Origin: Catajapyx aquilonaris
Lineage: Eukaryota
Assembly: GCA_000934665.2 (NCBI GenBank)
Contig: KZ538136.1
Span: 62,001-117,662 of the forward strand
DNA length: 55,662 bases
Direction of reading: 5' to 3'
Of this stretch, positions 15,338 through 29,197 are shown in pieces; the stretch's first letter is position 1; each line of letters begins with the position of its first letter. A model generated the notes under the pieces. That model did not search any database. It saw only the letters and a program-made list of their open reading frames with translations, and was not told where the DNA came from. The translations under genes and the position numbers were made by a program.

Positions 15338-16757
15338 CATTTACAAGTGCCTTAGAACTTCAAACTATAACAAGAACCTTTAGTACATTCCACAGTACTG
15401 CAAAATTCCATCCCAGTTCAATCTCGCTTATTATGTGGTATACACCGCAAAATTTTAATTGCTGCTGCATAATCCGCGCATTTCATAAAAGCGGAGACGT
15501 TTAATTGAAAAAAAAAAATATGATGAAACTTTTCGTCGCTCATACATTATAACACGCCGCAGACTTTTCCGCTGCGTCAAGTCCGAATTTTGATCTTCGC
15601 AACTTCACCTTTACCTCCGGTCCCTTTTTCATGCAAATTACAAGTAGAAAAGTTGGCGCAGTTACTCCCAGCCCCCCCCCCCCAATGATGCTGTAGGCTG
15701 TACTATGTATTTTTTTAACCCCAACCCCGCCCCTGTTCAGCCTCGCAACGTCGATTCCATTATCAACATATATTACAAAAAGGGGAGCAGTATTAGCATG
15801 ATAAAGTCTAAACAAAGGAAATGAGTCCGACGCTAGTTACATCCACATGTAATAACACGTAACGTTCCGCTAACATCCAAATATCTAATCACTCCCTCTA
15901 TGCCTGACACACTTGCAGATTGCACACATGCACCTGCATCCCTGCCTAGATCAAAGATGAAATTTCACCGAACCATATAGAAAAGGTCGTTTGATCGTCA
16001 CAGTGTCAGTCGGTCCTTTTCAAGGTTTCTCCATGCCCCCCAGTAGTCACATGCCGCATGTCCGTTCCAATTCTCGGTCCGTCAGGAATTACTCAATAAG
16101 TCCATCTGGTATGCGGTAAGGGTTGGAGAGGGGGGTGGAGGCCAATTTCCTCTCTGAATGATGTAAGCACGACTGTGGTAGGTAACATCGATCCTCTCCC
16201 GCCCTTCATATCCAAATTTCGGTCTGTCTTTTGATGCCCCACCTGCATGGGAGTCCCCCCCCCCTCCCCCGAATAAAACGGAACCCACACACGTCACTGT
16301 CAATACCGCTCCGATATTAAAATTCTGAACGAATGACAAATCTCTGGCACCGAAGGACACATTGCGCCAATTTTGGGTAGGGTATATACTACTGGGTACG
16401 TAAGTTTAATTAATCAGGTCGAGTCTCAAGAGCCAGACTTAATTAACACTATTGCGTCCCTTTGAATCGGACCGGTTTCAGATGGATTCCCATAAAAGCG
16501 GGTTTTTTTTCCGGGAGGGTTTTGGTGTCTGCGTAACACTTTGCAAGCTTGCATCCACTCTGTCGGACCGCAATAGCAGCTTTATTTCCGCACGGACACA
16601 AAGTCCGACTTTAAACCCACCGTAGAGCCCAATTACAGTATGAAATTGACTCAACGTGACAATTTTTTCGAGTCGCCTCGCAAATATGGGCAATATTTTG
16701 TGTGCATAGTAGTTTGATGGTCCTTGCCAGATAGTTCAATCAACAGGAGTGCTATTT

Positions 16758-16760
<3 letters not shown>

Positions 16761-16806
<46 letters not shown>
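16761..16806. repeat. (TC)23 microsatellite
   Basis: Read directly. Confidence 0.98.
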
Positions 16807-16808
<2 letters not shown>

Positions 16809-18695
16809 CCCTAGTGGGCACCCTGGTATACACCCACCCCCACCCACCGTACTGAGTTATCGGGGCGCTAGTTGACGGGGAAAACATCGCAGCATCAAGC
16901 GAACCGTGATGCAGCGAATGTTGAAATTAAAATCAATACCCGGATATTGCGGAACAACACTGTGATTTCACTTGATTAATTTTCCGAGCTGCACAACTCC
17001 GGGGGAGTCAAAAAGTGCTAACGTAGTTTGCCAAGACGGAGAAAGTTTGAGCCGCATTCCGCGGCCAATAGAACACTCCTCTAACTTGCATTGTATTAGT
17101 TACTGATGCGAACTTTCGAGTGTGCTATTCTTAACCGGCCGCGAGTTGAGAGGGGGTACCCGTTCAATAAACCACGTCACGGACTTTGAAAATGAACATA
17201 CGACACTATTTCGGGGTTGGGGGACGTCAACTTTTGGTACAGGCCGTAACGTACGCAACCTGGAAACGCGACGCGCATTCTCATTTGTCATTGAAAACCA
17301 CTGTACTCTCGGCGCATACCAAATGGTCTGCCGCATTATGGCGGACTTGGTATCTTGTTTTGTACTGGTCTCTACTATAGACTACGTCAGTAGGTAGAAC
17401 TATATTACACATCTCCATCAATTAGTCGTTAGCAAGGGTCATTCACCCAAAATGGACGGGGAGAATCAATTACCTATATTAAACAACAAGTGTTATCCAT
17501 TTAATAAATTCGGCGGCGATTGGGGGTCCAAGTTGCAATACAATGTGTAGGTGCATTATTTTTGTGATTAACCTGTTTCTATGTAGTGCGTTTTCAATAT
17601 GCGCCAATTATGAAGTGACGAGGCTCGATGCCCCAGCAAAATTTTTGCTTTCTACTCAATTAATGCCGTAATACAGTGTCCGCGGAAATGCTACAGTATA
17701 TGGAATGCATGTCATAAAAATGTGTTACTTTTTTATTAATTGGTTACAGTGTTTGATGCAGTAATTACAGTACAATCTAGAACCTGAAACATTTAAAAAA
17801 TATATGTAATATTCAACGTCACAGACATGACACTCTTCAAACCCACAGATTTATTATCGTCATATGAAAAGGAACCACCAGCCGCCCCTTCATGACACAT
17901 TTTCCACATCCCAAATTTGACACAATTTGAATTTTGCATAATTAAAACACATAATGTCCCTCAACTGACGAACTTTCTCGTTAACGAAGACCGCCGCAAT
18001 TCAAAGCCCCAAGCAACCGAGCGGCAAGAGAAGCTAATTTCCTATGGTTACTAGCCTCAGGCTCAAATGTCACATCCTTAGAAGGATCGCAAGGGAGTCC
18101 AAGGACGTCACCTCCGAGGTCACATCATGTCAAACAAATCAATCACTCTGTCCCCCTTTCTCCTATGTCAAAAAAAGGAAAATGTCCGTAGAGGTGTCAG
18201 GTGTCAGAATAGAATATGGCCGCATCCCACAGACCTGGTATTGTAGTTCGAGGCAGTGGAAAGCGTGGCGAAGTGCATGAATTTTAATTGCAAGGACAAG
18301 ATTTTCCTGGCGGGCTCGTTAAAGAGGCATTAGGGGTAGGGGCTTCACGTGCAAGGGAATAAGCGATGGAGGGGGCGGTGTCAGGAAGGAGGGGGTGGAG
18401 GGGGATCTAATGATGCGATCGTCCCCTCCCTTTCGGCATTAAATATTTGCAAGTGAATCTGGCAATCAAGAGGGCGTGTCCAAGTTTGCGCTTTTTTTTA
18501 AATATTGGCTCCTTGCTTGCTAATGTGGAGTAATTTTGAGGGGAGTGACTTTGCTCTCTTCTTTCAGTATGCATAATTGAATGCGCAAATTTTGAAGGGG
18601 GAAATATTTTGAGATGATGTTAATGTAAGGTTACATATTGATGTGGAAGCAACATTGACCTATTTTTGCCTGATGGACTTCAAGTTACTTATCGC

Positions 18696-18811
18696 TGTAG
18701 ATATGAGCGATGTGAGAGGGGAGCGGTCTTGAATAGGGAGCATGATAGCTCTCGTGTCAAAAGAGTGAACAAAGTAGCTATCGCTAATGTCTCACATCGC
18801 TCAAATCTACA
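18696..18811. repeat. Short inverted-repeat element, probably a MITE remnant
   Basis: TGTAGATATGAGCGATGTGAGA / TCTCACATCGCTCAAATCTACA form 22-bp arms with 1 mismatch. Confidence 0.6.
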
Positions 18812-21800
18812 CACTAACAGTGTTAAAGCTAACACTTATGGTGTCACATCGCTGTTATACCTATAATTATGTAATTATAAGTCCATGCTATAGCCTAGAA
18901 GTGGTGCCCATACTTGACATAGCAACAGAATATATCCTAATTTAGTAAAAAAGGCTGGAAAGGCTATAACAGCACATTTTTTGAAACAGACGGTATTTTA
19001 TAGTCCGATATATTCACAAATTCGGTCATTTGCTATTTAAAGTTCTTTGATCATTTTTTGCAAAGAACATTCTAGAAGCGTACTGTGTGTGTGTGCTCTC
19101 ACGTATATGCTACTGCAGCAGGAACAGCAAATTACGGCCCTTTGTTTTTAAACAACAACCCAGTGGTGCAGTAAAAAATGATCCTCTCCGGGACACGTCA
19201 GATAACAAGATCTGAATGCCGACCGATGTCGAGTTATAATTTCGTGTAAACGAAGTCTATCTGGTCACCGAATTCCGCGATAAGGCTAACCGAATTATAT
19301 CCCCGATTTACAGCGCTCGAAGCGATAAGCCGGCAGTTATTTTTAAATTGTCCGTTACTAATTGCCGCAAACCGAACTTTCGTGACCTGTATGGCAAAAA
19401 TCTTCGGCGCTGATTTCTGCACGCGGATTTTTTTTTTCGTGAGCGAGGTGGAGGAGAGGTAATTTCCGGACTTTGCTCTTTTCCTTGCTCGGTGCATAAT
19501 CCAGCACAGCGTGGGTCCCGGAGAAGGGATTCTTTGCACGCTCTTTGGCGGTTGCGGTATTGGAATTTAATTTGCAAGATCCACGCCAAGGATGGGGTAT
19601 CTTCCATTACCGGGAAGGGCACCCAAATTCCAGAGAAACGCAATTTTTAGCCCGCATATTTATACGGCCGCGGCCCCCTCAAAATCCTGCGTATCCCTGA
19701 TGAGAAAATTTTTTCTAGCCGCCCACTGCCGCACAAGCAATATTGTCCGGGCATCCAGAAATGGAAACTTTTTTTATATATAAGCATCTCTTCTTCATTT
19801 CAACCCCTCACGGCCGATTCTATTAAAGGTAGTGCAATTTCTTTTTTTCCACATTGATTCATGGCCCCTGGAAAAGATTCGGCGAACGTTTCTTCGGCAG
19901 ACAAATGCAGGTCTAGACTTCCCCAGGCACAAGTTGTGCCAGTTTGCAACGACGCCCTCCCCCCCCCTTAAAAAAAGAATTTATTTATGAAGGTGTGGGT
20001 GCCGAGGCGCGACTTTTGCTCCATAAATAATGCAAAGACCCCCACTGTTGAGGAGACGCTGCATGTTAAACCTCCGTGTATAACAATCCCACTCAAATCG
20101 ACCTTCGGTGCGAATTACACCCACTTGAACCACATATCCTGTTGCGCAAACACAGCCACACACTCACGCACACTACTCACCACCGATGAAAATGTGGGAG
20201 AAGGTGAAGAAGTACGACCATGATCCCAGCCAGAGGGCAAGCGACGTGCGCTTCATTTTGCCGGCACTCGGTGCACACGCGACACACAAGGACACAGGGT
20301 CGTCATCGCGACCGCATATTACATCCACAGAGGTCTCTGACGAGAGGTCAGCGTCTGTTCTAGTTTTTTTTAAGTCGCTGGCTGGCTGGCTGGCTGGGGT
20401 CAGTCACAGGTCAAAAAGTCCACCACCACTCATCACACTTCCAGGCCTGTCACAGTCACAGATATTTGACACAGGAGACAGCAGCCGTATCTGGCAGATC
20501 CGCTTGAGAGCTGGTCGGAGAAGTCGAGCCGAGAGCCTACTGTCGGCGTGTGCTGTCCGTCCGTAGAAGCGCCACGCAGGCGCCTCCAACCAAGGGCCCC
20601 CGACCTATCTCCACCCACCGCTCCGGCCCACACCCACCCTGGCCCACTGCCTGCTCGCCGGATCCTCGCACATTCGGAGGGCACACTCTTATTGCATACT
20701 GCATTTTCTTAATGGGATGCATGTTGGGGCCAAGGGGGATATGCGGCGTGTTTCAGTTATAGGTGGATGTAGTATTCCCAGGTCATACTGGTGGTATGTT
20801 CAGAGGTTGATTTGGTGCCAATCAAGATGTGTTAGTTTCAAATGTGGATGGCTGGAGGGCGGTCGAGGGTTTCATGCTGGTTCCTTTATTGTGATTGACG
20901 GCCTGAAGTCCAGGTAATCTCAATGGCTATATGGATCGATCACTCCGAACTGAATGAAATGCACTTTTTCAAGGTAGAAGTAAGATGGGAGGATTGGGTG
21001 GTTTGGCCTATATACGCGATTGGGGCAGAGGAAATATCAATTGCTTATATCAATATGTTTTGAGGTCATGGAATGTAGTCGAGGGGTAATGACATTATCT
21101 GGATGTCTTTATACTTTATTGAACGTCGTGCACTCATTCAGAATGAATAACAATGGCATATAGCTAATAAAAGCACATCAAGGTTCAACTGCAAAATCAA
21201 ACTTTCAACGCGAGTTTCTTTTAATTTTTTGCACAGTAATCGATTTGAAATTTATTTAAAACGTGATAACGTCTGTACTGGTTGGTATCTTGCAGTTTCG
21301 TACTTCCTAATATACAAGGTGGTGAAAAAAGTGCGCCACTTGAAATAATCCAAGGCGATTGATTTAGCAATTTCGGCTCCACTACAGACACAATATTATG
21401 ACTTTCTTTATAAACAGTTTGTAATGAGAGTATTTCTACCCATCAGGCGACCAAAGAGCATGACGGATTAGAAGATGAAAGTAATCCGCAGGATGATTTA
21501 TGTTAGTGCTACTCAGGTTTATAACCAAACTAAAATTGCCAGGTGATTATAACTTATCCGTAATATACACGAAATATCCTAAATGAACTACGCCAATTTC
21601 GTAATGGCAATTATCAAGGAGCTTAAGCCTAAGAGAAAATGCACACCTTTTCTATCACCATAAGCCTATATGAACATTAATCCAATGAGCACATGACCTT
21701 CAGAATGACTTATGATTGCCTATTTCTTAATATTTCCTTTGCCACAGCCAGAAAAAGTTTTAATAGTTCTTTTATCTTCGAATGAGGCCTTCAGAGTACG

Positions 21801-22061
21801 TAAAAGCAAAAGAGTTCACTTTTTACCCCTCTCTTCTCCATGTGAAACGCGAATTTGAATGGAATCTGGAAAAAAGTGAAGTACCGTTACATCAGGAAGG
21901 GGGGGGGGGAACAATAAAATAAATAAATGAGATATCTGCACTAAAAACTGCATCAAATTATAAGTAACCTAAAACTATTCGATTACACTGCAAGCATGAC
22001 ATTGTTGTATGAGTGTGAATTGAAACAAAATCTCCAATGTTATAATGGATATTAGTACACA

Positions 22062-22463
22062 CACTGAGTGATCCAAAATACTTGTCCGACTAATACGACT
22101 ATTTGTTGGCACTAAGCTGCTTATTTCAGCAATTAGCCTACTTCGGCATATTTACTTTTAATGGTTATGAAAAGTATTAGCTGCTAATATTAGGCCAAAC
22201 TGAATCATTCATTCAAGCTCTGAACTGCACAGTGTTTCCTATTAGGAATGGCCCGTTGGAACAATTGGCATCTCACGTCAATTACAGGACCCACTGTATG
22301 CATGCCAGACACCATTCCAGGTTTTTAAAAGAGTGGGGACATGTAACTTAATAGCAGTAACCAATACTTTCGATAACTATTAAAAGTACCGGTAATTGCG
22401 AAAATATGCATTTAGTGTAGAAAAATATCCATAGCAATCGGACAATAATTTTGGATCACACTG
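22062..22463. mobile_element. Old Tc1/mariner-type MITE
   Basis: TIRs GTGATCCAAAATACTTGTCCGA / TCGGACAATAATTTTGGATCAC, with the right end reading CTG|TA. Inverted similarity extends ~100 bp. Confidence 0.7.
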
Positions 22464-24384
22464 TATGTTTGGAGAGTTTGGTTATCAGTTTAGTTCAACC
22501 GACAACAGTTGTCATGCCAAGCATTGACAGAAGCGGCTACAGTATATGTCAAAAACAAAAATTTTGCCAGACGCATCCTGAGGCAACAAAACCACCAGCA
22601 CTCGCATAAGGCAAAGTTTATGGGAGAAAAACCACAAGCTTGCTGGTGGTTGTATCGGGCCAGTATACGTTTGGCTGAAACTTTTTTTGACAAATATTGC
22701 CTGGGTAATTATCAAACGCAAGATATGACAATTGCACATTTTTGCGAGCCTTTCATTGCCCGAAGCCTAAGGTACGGTATCTCATTTGGGATGAGTTGGA
22801 GGATAAACTCAGTGTAGACGAGTATGAAGTTATGTCCATATTTTTATTAGGAAATTTGATGGGTTGTTTGTGACACTTTCAATAATTATATTAAAATAAC
22901 TTATATTTGAATATCACTATTAAAAGTATTTAGATACAGAGTAATAAGTCTATGACCTCTCAAGGGATATTCATTTATATACTCGTCATTATTAAGTCGT
23001 AACCTTAATGATGATGGTGGGTAGCATTCCAAAAAACCCACGCGAATACGGAGGTAACCCAACAAAACGCATCACACAAAAGAAAATCATATCCCTTGCC
23101 AGACTAATGCTGGGACCTAAACCACTGCACCACCGCAGCATGCAGCTATTTAAGTTGCCTGTTACATATTTAGGCTGTATCTAGAGTACTGTAGTTTACA
23201 GAGGGTCTCATGTTTTCCACTGACTACCCTTTTTACAAGGAGTTCATAATGACGCACACTTCATGTCAGACTCAGATTTTTAAAGATCTTCCAAGACGAA
23301 TTTAGCCTAATTTATTTTGGCGATACCGGCTCCAATACGGAAATAATCCCAGGAAAATTTTGGTTTCGTCATACATGTGAATAATAAGGGTTATCCTCAG
23401 AGTTATTCCATTGATCAATCCATCAGCAATCATGAATAACCTGGTTCTTAGGATGACCTCTATTGTAGGCTATGAGAAAATAACCATTAACATTGCATTA
23501 TCTCCTAATGACGTTAAATTGCTAAAATCAATCCGGGTAAATTTGTCAAGGAATTTCCCAATGAACATCAGACCGTCAGGAGGTTGCACACCTTTCGGCA
23601 CACCCTGCATAGAGCAAGATCATAATGGTGCGGTGGCGATAATGAGGAACAAATTCAAAATTTTGTACATTTGCAAAGCACACATCAATGTAATTAGTAA
23701 AATTCTATGCGAGTAAGGAAATCGGCACCTCATAACGAGTCCAGCGCAGTAGCCTACATAGAACGGTATAATTTGGGAATAATAACATTTTCCGGTGTAA
23801 CAGACGCTCTGTAATTTTGCCTTATCGGTTTCGATACTTTCATTGGACCGAACTAATTATTTTCGTGCTCATTTTCCCGACTCCAACCGCAGGCCCCACC
23901 AAACTAATTCCCCCACTTCGAATTTGTCCGACTCCCAAATTCCCAATAGGTGCTTCACACCCGCTGGAGCCTCCCCTAAAATCAGAAAATCTTGACCGTC
24001 TGCCTCTATTCCAATCGACCCGCTATTCACAGCGTCAATGCAGCCCGAATCGGACAAATCACGACCTTATGTGACCTGAGGCTCGGCGAGATGTCTCCCC
24101 TAAGCCGATTTCACTCTGCTGATCCACATCTAGTGGAAAGTAAAACTTATGTATATACACTGGAACCCACAAAAAGCATCCTAGGTTTATTGAGATCAAA
24201 AAAAAATGGAAGGAAGAAGAGTTCGGCAGGTTTTTACTCGGTTAGGTCTCGGTATAGCACTGTGGAATTTTCTTGGCTGTGGGGAATCCCCCTAAGAGCC
24301 ACTTGGAAGTCATTCATCATGACTGAGGGACGAGGCCTACGATCCTCTCAAAAAGCAAACCCAGCTGCAATCACCACGCCCTGG

Positions 24385-24387
<3 letters not shown>

Positions 24388-24422
<35 letters not shown>
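24388..24422. repeat. (CT)n microsatellite
   Basis: Read directly. Confidence 0.95.
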
Positions 24423-24428
<6 letters not shown>

Positions 24429-25621
24429 TAAGCCCATCGACAGAAAATCTCCTTTCCTAAGAGCGCTTCAAGTGATGACTCTTGTGGCACTCGACTTCAA
24501 AAAAATACCATTATCCACCCTACACTATGTTGAAAGTGATTCTCATCTCAAGCACTACGTGTATCTGAATTTTGCTTCTTGACATTGACAAAACAGTGAG
24601 AATGTGGCATGTCATTAATTCAAAAAGTTTCAAAGAGCGATAATTAATCGCGCCTTCTTTTCTAGTTGACAAGATTAGTACTGAACCGGTTGAATGTCAA
24701 ACAGTTTCGTTTTAAAGAAATCTTGCTCAATCTGGCTTTAAAAAAAGCTGCTTCTTAAGATTCTTGGCACATAGTAGAGGCGGGAAAAGAGTACCTGGAA
24801 GACAAGGGTCCGAAATGACAAGGGTCAGGCTCTTTCTCCTTTCCCTAGTGGCGGGGAGACTGAAATGGCGTCCCTCCCGAGACTCCTACCATTAAGTCCC
24901 CATTGCCGCCACTTTGTTAGGGACAATAGAAGGGAGGTTGGAGGTGCTTCAATTTCCAACCCTGCTTGCCCGCAATTGGCCAAGTTGTGTGGTTGCTACA
25001 AATTGCACTCCCTGTTAAGGCTACGGCTATCGTGGTCGTATGGAGGAGGCTACTCTTCGCATGGTATTGTGTCCTTACGTGGATAGCCCACTTCGGCACA
25101 AAGGGGTCAGAATGGACGAAAGAAGTGGTGTTATCAAACGCAAGACACCCTCATCAACATTTTGATACGTAACTGCCAGTGCAGCATGTATGCGAATTGT
25201 TGCATATGACATTCCATTTCCCTACTCCCACCTCCCCCATTTCACAAAAAAATATCGCATTTTATTGTTGACGGCAATGCATAAAAATGGGGTCGGCTAA
25301 TCCAATACGCGAAACCTTTAACAGGAATGTGGTGCAGGTATTTCAAGCATTTTTTTCTCATTCCACTGGCCTCAAGTTTCATGGAACTCGACCACCATCG
25401 ACTGCGAGGATTCCGATGTAAAATAGCCCTTCCTTCTGTCATTAACATGGTCGGCATGTGTAGACAGAGAAAATTTTATCCGCTTCTAGGGCTCGGAAAT
25501 GTGAGTGATCCTTGTCCAACAATTTGAGTTGATTATTTTGCCTCCCAGTTACATCAGATGTTATTCTTTTAGTGCAAGTATAGCGTTTATTTCCAACTGT
25601 AAGGCATTATGTAATGTGCAT

Positions 25622-25822
25622 ACATATTCCGTCGATTTAAGTGTCGTTTGTTATAATATAGCACACGACAATTAAATCGACTGAGTATGTGTTACCTATA
25701 TGTCTATTTAACTTATAAATGTTTCGTAATAATTACGAAACATCATTTATAAGTTAAATAGACATATGGGTAACATGGATACGCTAAAATATTGGAATAA
25801 TTATTATTCCAATATTTTAGCG
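25622..25822. repeat. Three adjacent unrelated palindromes (hairpin array)
   Basis: 25622-25690: 34-nt arms with 29 Watson-Crick, 2 G-T and 3 mismatched pairs. 25690-25775: 41-nt arm with 1 G-T pair and a 3-nt bulge. 25782-25822: perfect 20-nt arms. Each has a 1-nt centre. Confidence 0.95.
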
Positions 25823-27194
25823 CGAACAAAAAGATCACTTTATGCAAGTTTTAATTTTGGTCTCCGCAGCCTTGCTCTCCAGATAATTGACTTTTTATCA
25901 TGTATATAGCATATCACGGAAACTTTTCATGTCACTACACATGGGGTTTTCTAAAACTATTTGTTCGCAGGGGACAACTGATGCAATGAGGGAAGAGCAG
26001 TGTAAATTAACACTTCATGGTAACATTTGCACGCCAAATTTAATTGTCGCAGTAATTAAACCTCATCAATACTGTTATAAGTGATACCCACTGGATGCAC
26101 TGTCGGCGTACGTTTACTACTGACTGTCGCACTTGCTCAAAAAAATCTGTAGATGAAGTTGCACAAAATAATAAGAACTTACGGTCATCCAACACGTCCT
26201 CCTCGAAACTTGTGTCCAATGTGCAGTTGTCACGAGTCACTCCGTCGTCCATGGAAGTGCCCAACAGTACCCCCATTTCTCATTCCCTGCTGTAATACAC
26301 AGTTCAACGTTGCTTCTTTGAAGCCGTCAGCAAGACTGAATACAGGTGTCATTATTAGCCAAGATAAAATTCAAGTGGGCCACTACCGAGTGTCAAATGC
26401 ACATCACAGCTGATAAAGCGTGCCAAAAATAGGTCAAGAGCTAGGTTGCATAATATGTATCCTTGGACTTTTCAGATGCGCACCTTATACTGTACAGTCG
26501 AATGCAAAACTTCCGTATTAATCTACCAAAAACACCTTGTAGGTACTACAATACCTCTACGAAGCGTACGTTAGAACATTGACCCTGATGAGGACCACTT
26601 GTAGTGTACATATACTGTACTGCTAAAAACGCATTGCAAAGTTCGAGTACGTCTGACCGGAAACGATACAGATAACATTCGAAAGATAAGGGAAGTCCAT
26701 CGCAAAGTGTAAGATTAGATCCAAATACGATAGTGTGCCCGTTCTCTCCACTTATCTTTTGTTCTGTGATATTGATCACCCATACTTTCATTACGGTCAT
26801 TTATGCAACTTCTTAATGCAGCATTGGACTTGTTTTTTATGTTTCCGTGCACACGAAAACCGATGACGTGATATAGAGAATTACGAGACCACGGTGCAGT
26901 GAGTGTGGGAGGAACGTCAGGCACCTGATTAATGTTATCAGGACACTAGGGCATAAAATGGCAGTTCAATCATAGAACCTTATAAAAGTTTTTTTTATTA
27001 CTTATCGGACATCACACGCCAGTAAAATTATCAGGAATGTAGTCGCACACTGGAGTTTAATTTTTGATCATTTCACAATTTGGGTGTTTTGTAGCAGATT
27101 AACCTTTTCTGGCTTTAACAGGCTACTTAAAAGTCGTCATTTATATCCTCAAATAAAGAATATATTCTGAAATAAAACCATTCATTCCAGATAG

Positions 27195-27303
27195 CATTTT
27201 TGATAACCATTAAAAGTACCTATATGCAAAAGTAACTTCTAAAATAAGCCGCTTAGTGATCAAAAATAGCCATTGCAAACGGACAAGTATTTGGATCGCC
27301 CTT
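27195..27303. mobile_element. Right end of a MITE of the 22062-22463 family
   Basis: GATAACCATTAAAAGTACC...CGGACAAGTATTTGGATC aligns with 22371-22458. Confidence 0.6.
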
Positions 27304-28238
27304 TAGAGCCTGAAACTCGATGAAACTGCAGCATACAGGCTGAAACTCTTGGAAATAATAAGCCGGTTTAATAAAAGCAACATCCAGAACGCAATCATTA
27401 ATGCATGTGGTCCTGATTGCGGCTTTTGTTTTAACTGGTTTGAATTCGCCATTCGTAACTTTTCTTTATCCAGTTAAAGGCTTTCAGTTGGCAAGAGTTA
27501 CGGTCCGTGTATTAGAGTTTCTGCATGAAAAGATAAAATGAATGTTAATAAACATGTGAATCTAGGCACCATCCCTATTATATGCCCTCCGCGTGCGAAT
27601 CTATGGCTGTAACTTATAATATAGAGCATGCTATATTTCACATTTTCGATCACGTTCGATTTATCATCATTGACAGCAAAATCTCTCTAAGTAGCGTGGA
27701 CAAAAAAAGTTCTTTCAATATGAACAAAAAAGCTACCTTCCCTGGTTCAAAATATACTGATGATAACTTTCACAATTTCCGGAAAAATGCAATAGTCTAT
27801 TCTACATTTTTTTCCAGTGAGTATATGGAACAATTCCTCTAATATATGGCCAAGAACCACAAAATCCACCGAGTTCATAACTGCACATGTTTAGGTGCTC
27901 CAATACCAAGGCACTGACCACGACTTCAGCATCGAAGCCCGATATTTGTTTCGTGGCTTGATATTGAAAAAAGTTTTCCATTCTCCCAGCTTGTTACTAC
28001 ACGCCTAACACAATGCGTTGCCCATGAAAAGAAAGACCAGTTCAATCTAAAATACACTGCTCCTTTTCTTATTCATAAGGAGTTCTGTATGTTTCTGGCT
28101 TCGTCCAGAGTTGAGAATTTCCGTTATATTATCTACACACAGGAACGCACAAAAGTTCCGAGCATTGTTATTAAGCTGCACTTCCAGTCATTCCTATAGT
28201 GCCTGAGCTACGGTTCAATGCTCCTAACCGATCCAGCA

Positions 28239-28239
<1 letters not shown>

Positions 28240-28282
<43 letters not shown>

Positions 28283-28301
28283 CATTATTATTATTATTAT
28301 T
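28240..28301. repeat. (TTA)n microsatellite
   Basis: Read directly; one interruption. Confidence 0.98.
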
Positions 28302-28894
28302 GGTAATTAATTGTACTGGATTTAGGAAGTACTGAATTTTGCACCTTTTTGGCTATCTCTGTGAGTCTAATTATGCCTCACATGTATATACTTGTAACTC
28401 GGATGTCAACGGGTACACTCTTTTAGGGTTATATTAGGGTGGATGTTGGAGAGCAATGAAATGAGTCACTTTCAGTGCTCTTTGACTGAAGAGGAGCCGA
28501 AGGGATGGAGACGCATTCCCTGAGGCAACTTGGCACGCTCCACAGACCCCCTTGTTAACTCGTTACCACTCCGACTTATCTTTCTAGCGCTGTATGTTCA
28601 AGTCTTTTTAAAGCTGCCTGTATCGTGATACTATCGAAATAGAAGATTATCATCCTGGTAAACATGGAGGAAAGAAATGGATCGCTTGGGTTAGGAAATA
28701 AGTGGCTGTGAGTTCAAAAGGTACCAGTAGTTATGTATATAAATGCCCATTTTAGTTCACATAATGAAAAACCGATTACTTGGTCTAGTTCCCGCAAACA
28801 GTTGTTTTCCCGTCTGCTAGCACATTTAATTTACATTTGGAGTGAGTTATGAAAACTCATTCATAATTTTTTTCTCTCTTCATAGAAATGTCGC

Positions 28895-29043
28895 TGTAGG
28901 GCAATCAGAGAAATAATGGAATGCCGATGGAAAGACCAAGCCCATCCAATCAGAAGATGCTTCAAAATCTTCCTTGTTCTGATTGGATGGGGAAATTTTT
29001 TATATTGACATGTCACATCCATTATTTCCAGGTTCGTCCTACA
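28895..29043. repeat. Palindromic MITE-like remnant
   Basis: Perfect inner inverted repeat CCCATCCAATCAGAA/TTCTGATTGGATGGG plus an imperfect outer one, TGTAGG..GAAATAATGGA / TCCATTATTTC..CCTACA. Confidence 0.65.
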
Positions 29044-29085
29044 TCTGTGACTCGATAGCCAATAGTTGACGATAGTTATAGTTGT

Positions 29086-29197
29086 ATGGTGGTCTGCCNN
29101 NNNNNNNNNNNNNNNNNNNNNNCCCCCTATAACGACCAAGTGTTGTATCACGGGGTAAATAAAATAATAAATAATAAATAATAAATAAAATAAAAAA
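29086..29197 (+). mobile_element. Retroposed insertion showing only a SINE/LINE 3' tail; spans an assembly gap
   Basis: 15-bp TSD GATAGTTATAGTTGT (29071-29085 and 29198-29212) and an A-rich tail. The ATGGTGGT...CCCCCTA...CACGGGGTAA motif is shared with the SINE tails. Confidence 0.85.
29099..29122. other. Assembly gap next to a poly-C run
   Basis: N run. Confidence 0.99.

Noticed and set aside
23992..24582. 196-aa ORF
   Set aside because: It reads through a (CT)n microsatellite, has a non-ATG start and shows no domain.
26584..26620. Hammerhead ribozyme cores (CTGANGA here and near 28486, 34503 and 46030)
   Set aside because: None is followed by a stem II closed by GAAA with matching stems I and III.
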